From: an uncultured Actinomycetes bacterium
GTDB taxonomy: Bacteria; Actinomycetota; Actinomycetes; S36-B12; UBA10799
NCBI GenBank assembly: GCA_963821045.1
Contig: CAWGCB010000002.1
Coordinates: forward strand, 327,596 to 391,595
Length of the DNA stretch: 64,000 bases
Direction: 5' to 3'
Every line of letters starts with the position of its first letter. The first letter of the stretch is position 1. Positions 63,913-64,000 of this stretch are shown piece after piece. A model generated the notes under the pieces. That model saw nothing but the letters and a program-made list of their open reading frames with translations. It was not told the origin of the DNA and ran no database searches. The position numbers and the translations under genes are program-made.

Positions 63913-64000
63913 CCCCTGTCGCACTTCTGGCCCGGGCGGATTCACGAGGGTGAAGCTAGGGCGCGGGGACGTCTACGGCGGTATCGGGCTCCGAGTCGGC

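Overview
A 64-kb stretch of core chromosome from a high-GC actinobacterium (Actinomycetota). Gene order follows the familiar Streptomyces/Mycobacterium pattern: alr-tsaE-tsaB-rimI-tsaD, groES-groEL1 (two CIRCE boxes), bldM-like regulator, guaB-guaB3-glpD-aldehyde dehydrogenase-choD-guaA, pcrA, sucCD, purNH, folD, mdh, icd, glgP, xth, trpS, sdhCDAB, methylmalonyl-CoA mutase and lpdA. Many housekeeping genes carry single-base frameshifts, densest at about 7.3-15.7 kb. These are most simply read as long-read consensus errors, not pseudogenes. I saw no rRNA, tRNA, CRISPR array or classical transposase. The most notable accessory feature is a ~1.2-kb cassette (5411-6602): an orphan AbiEi-like HTH + DUF559 (Vsr-like) nuclease gene bracketed by two nearly identical 69-bp hairpin-forming direct repeats, a candidate REP/hairpin-associated selfish element. 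Other accessory items are a DUF222-HNH gene with an upstream LexA-type box, a secreted PLD-family lipoprotein inserted in the guaB3-glpD block, and several short tandem repeats. All calls come from motif recognition and synteny; no database searches were run.
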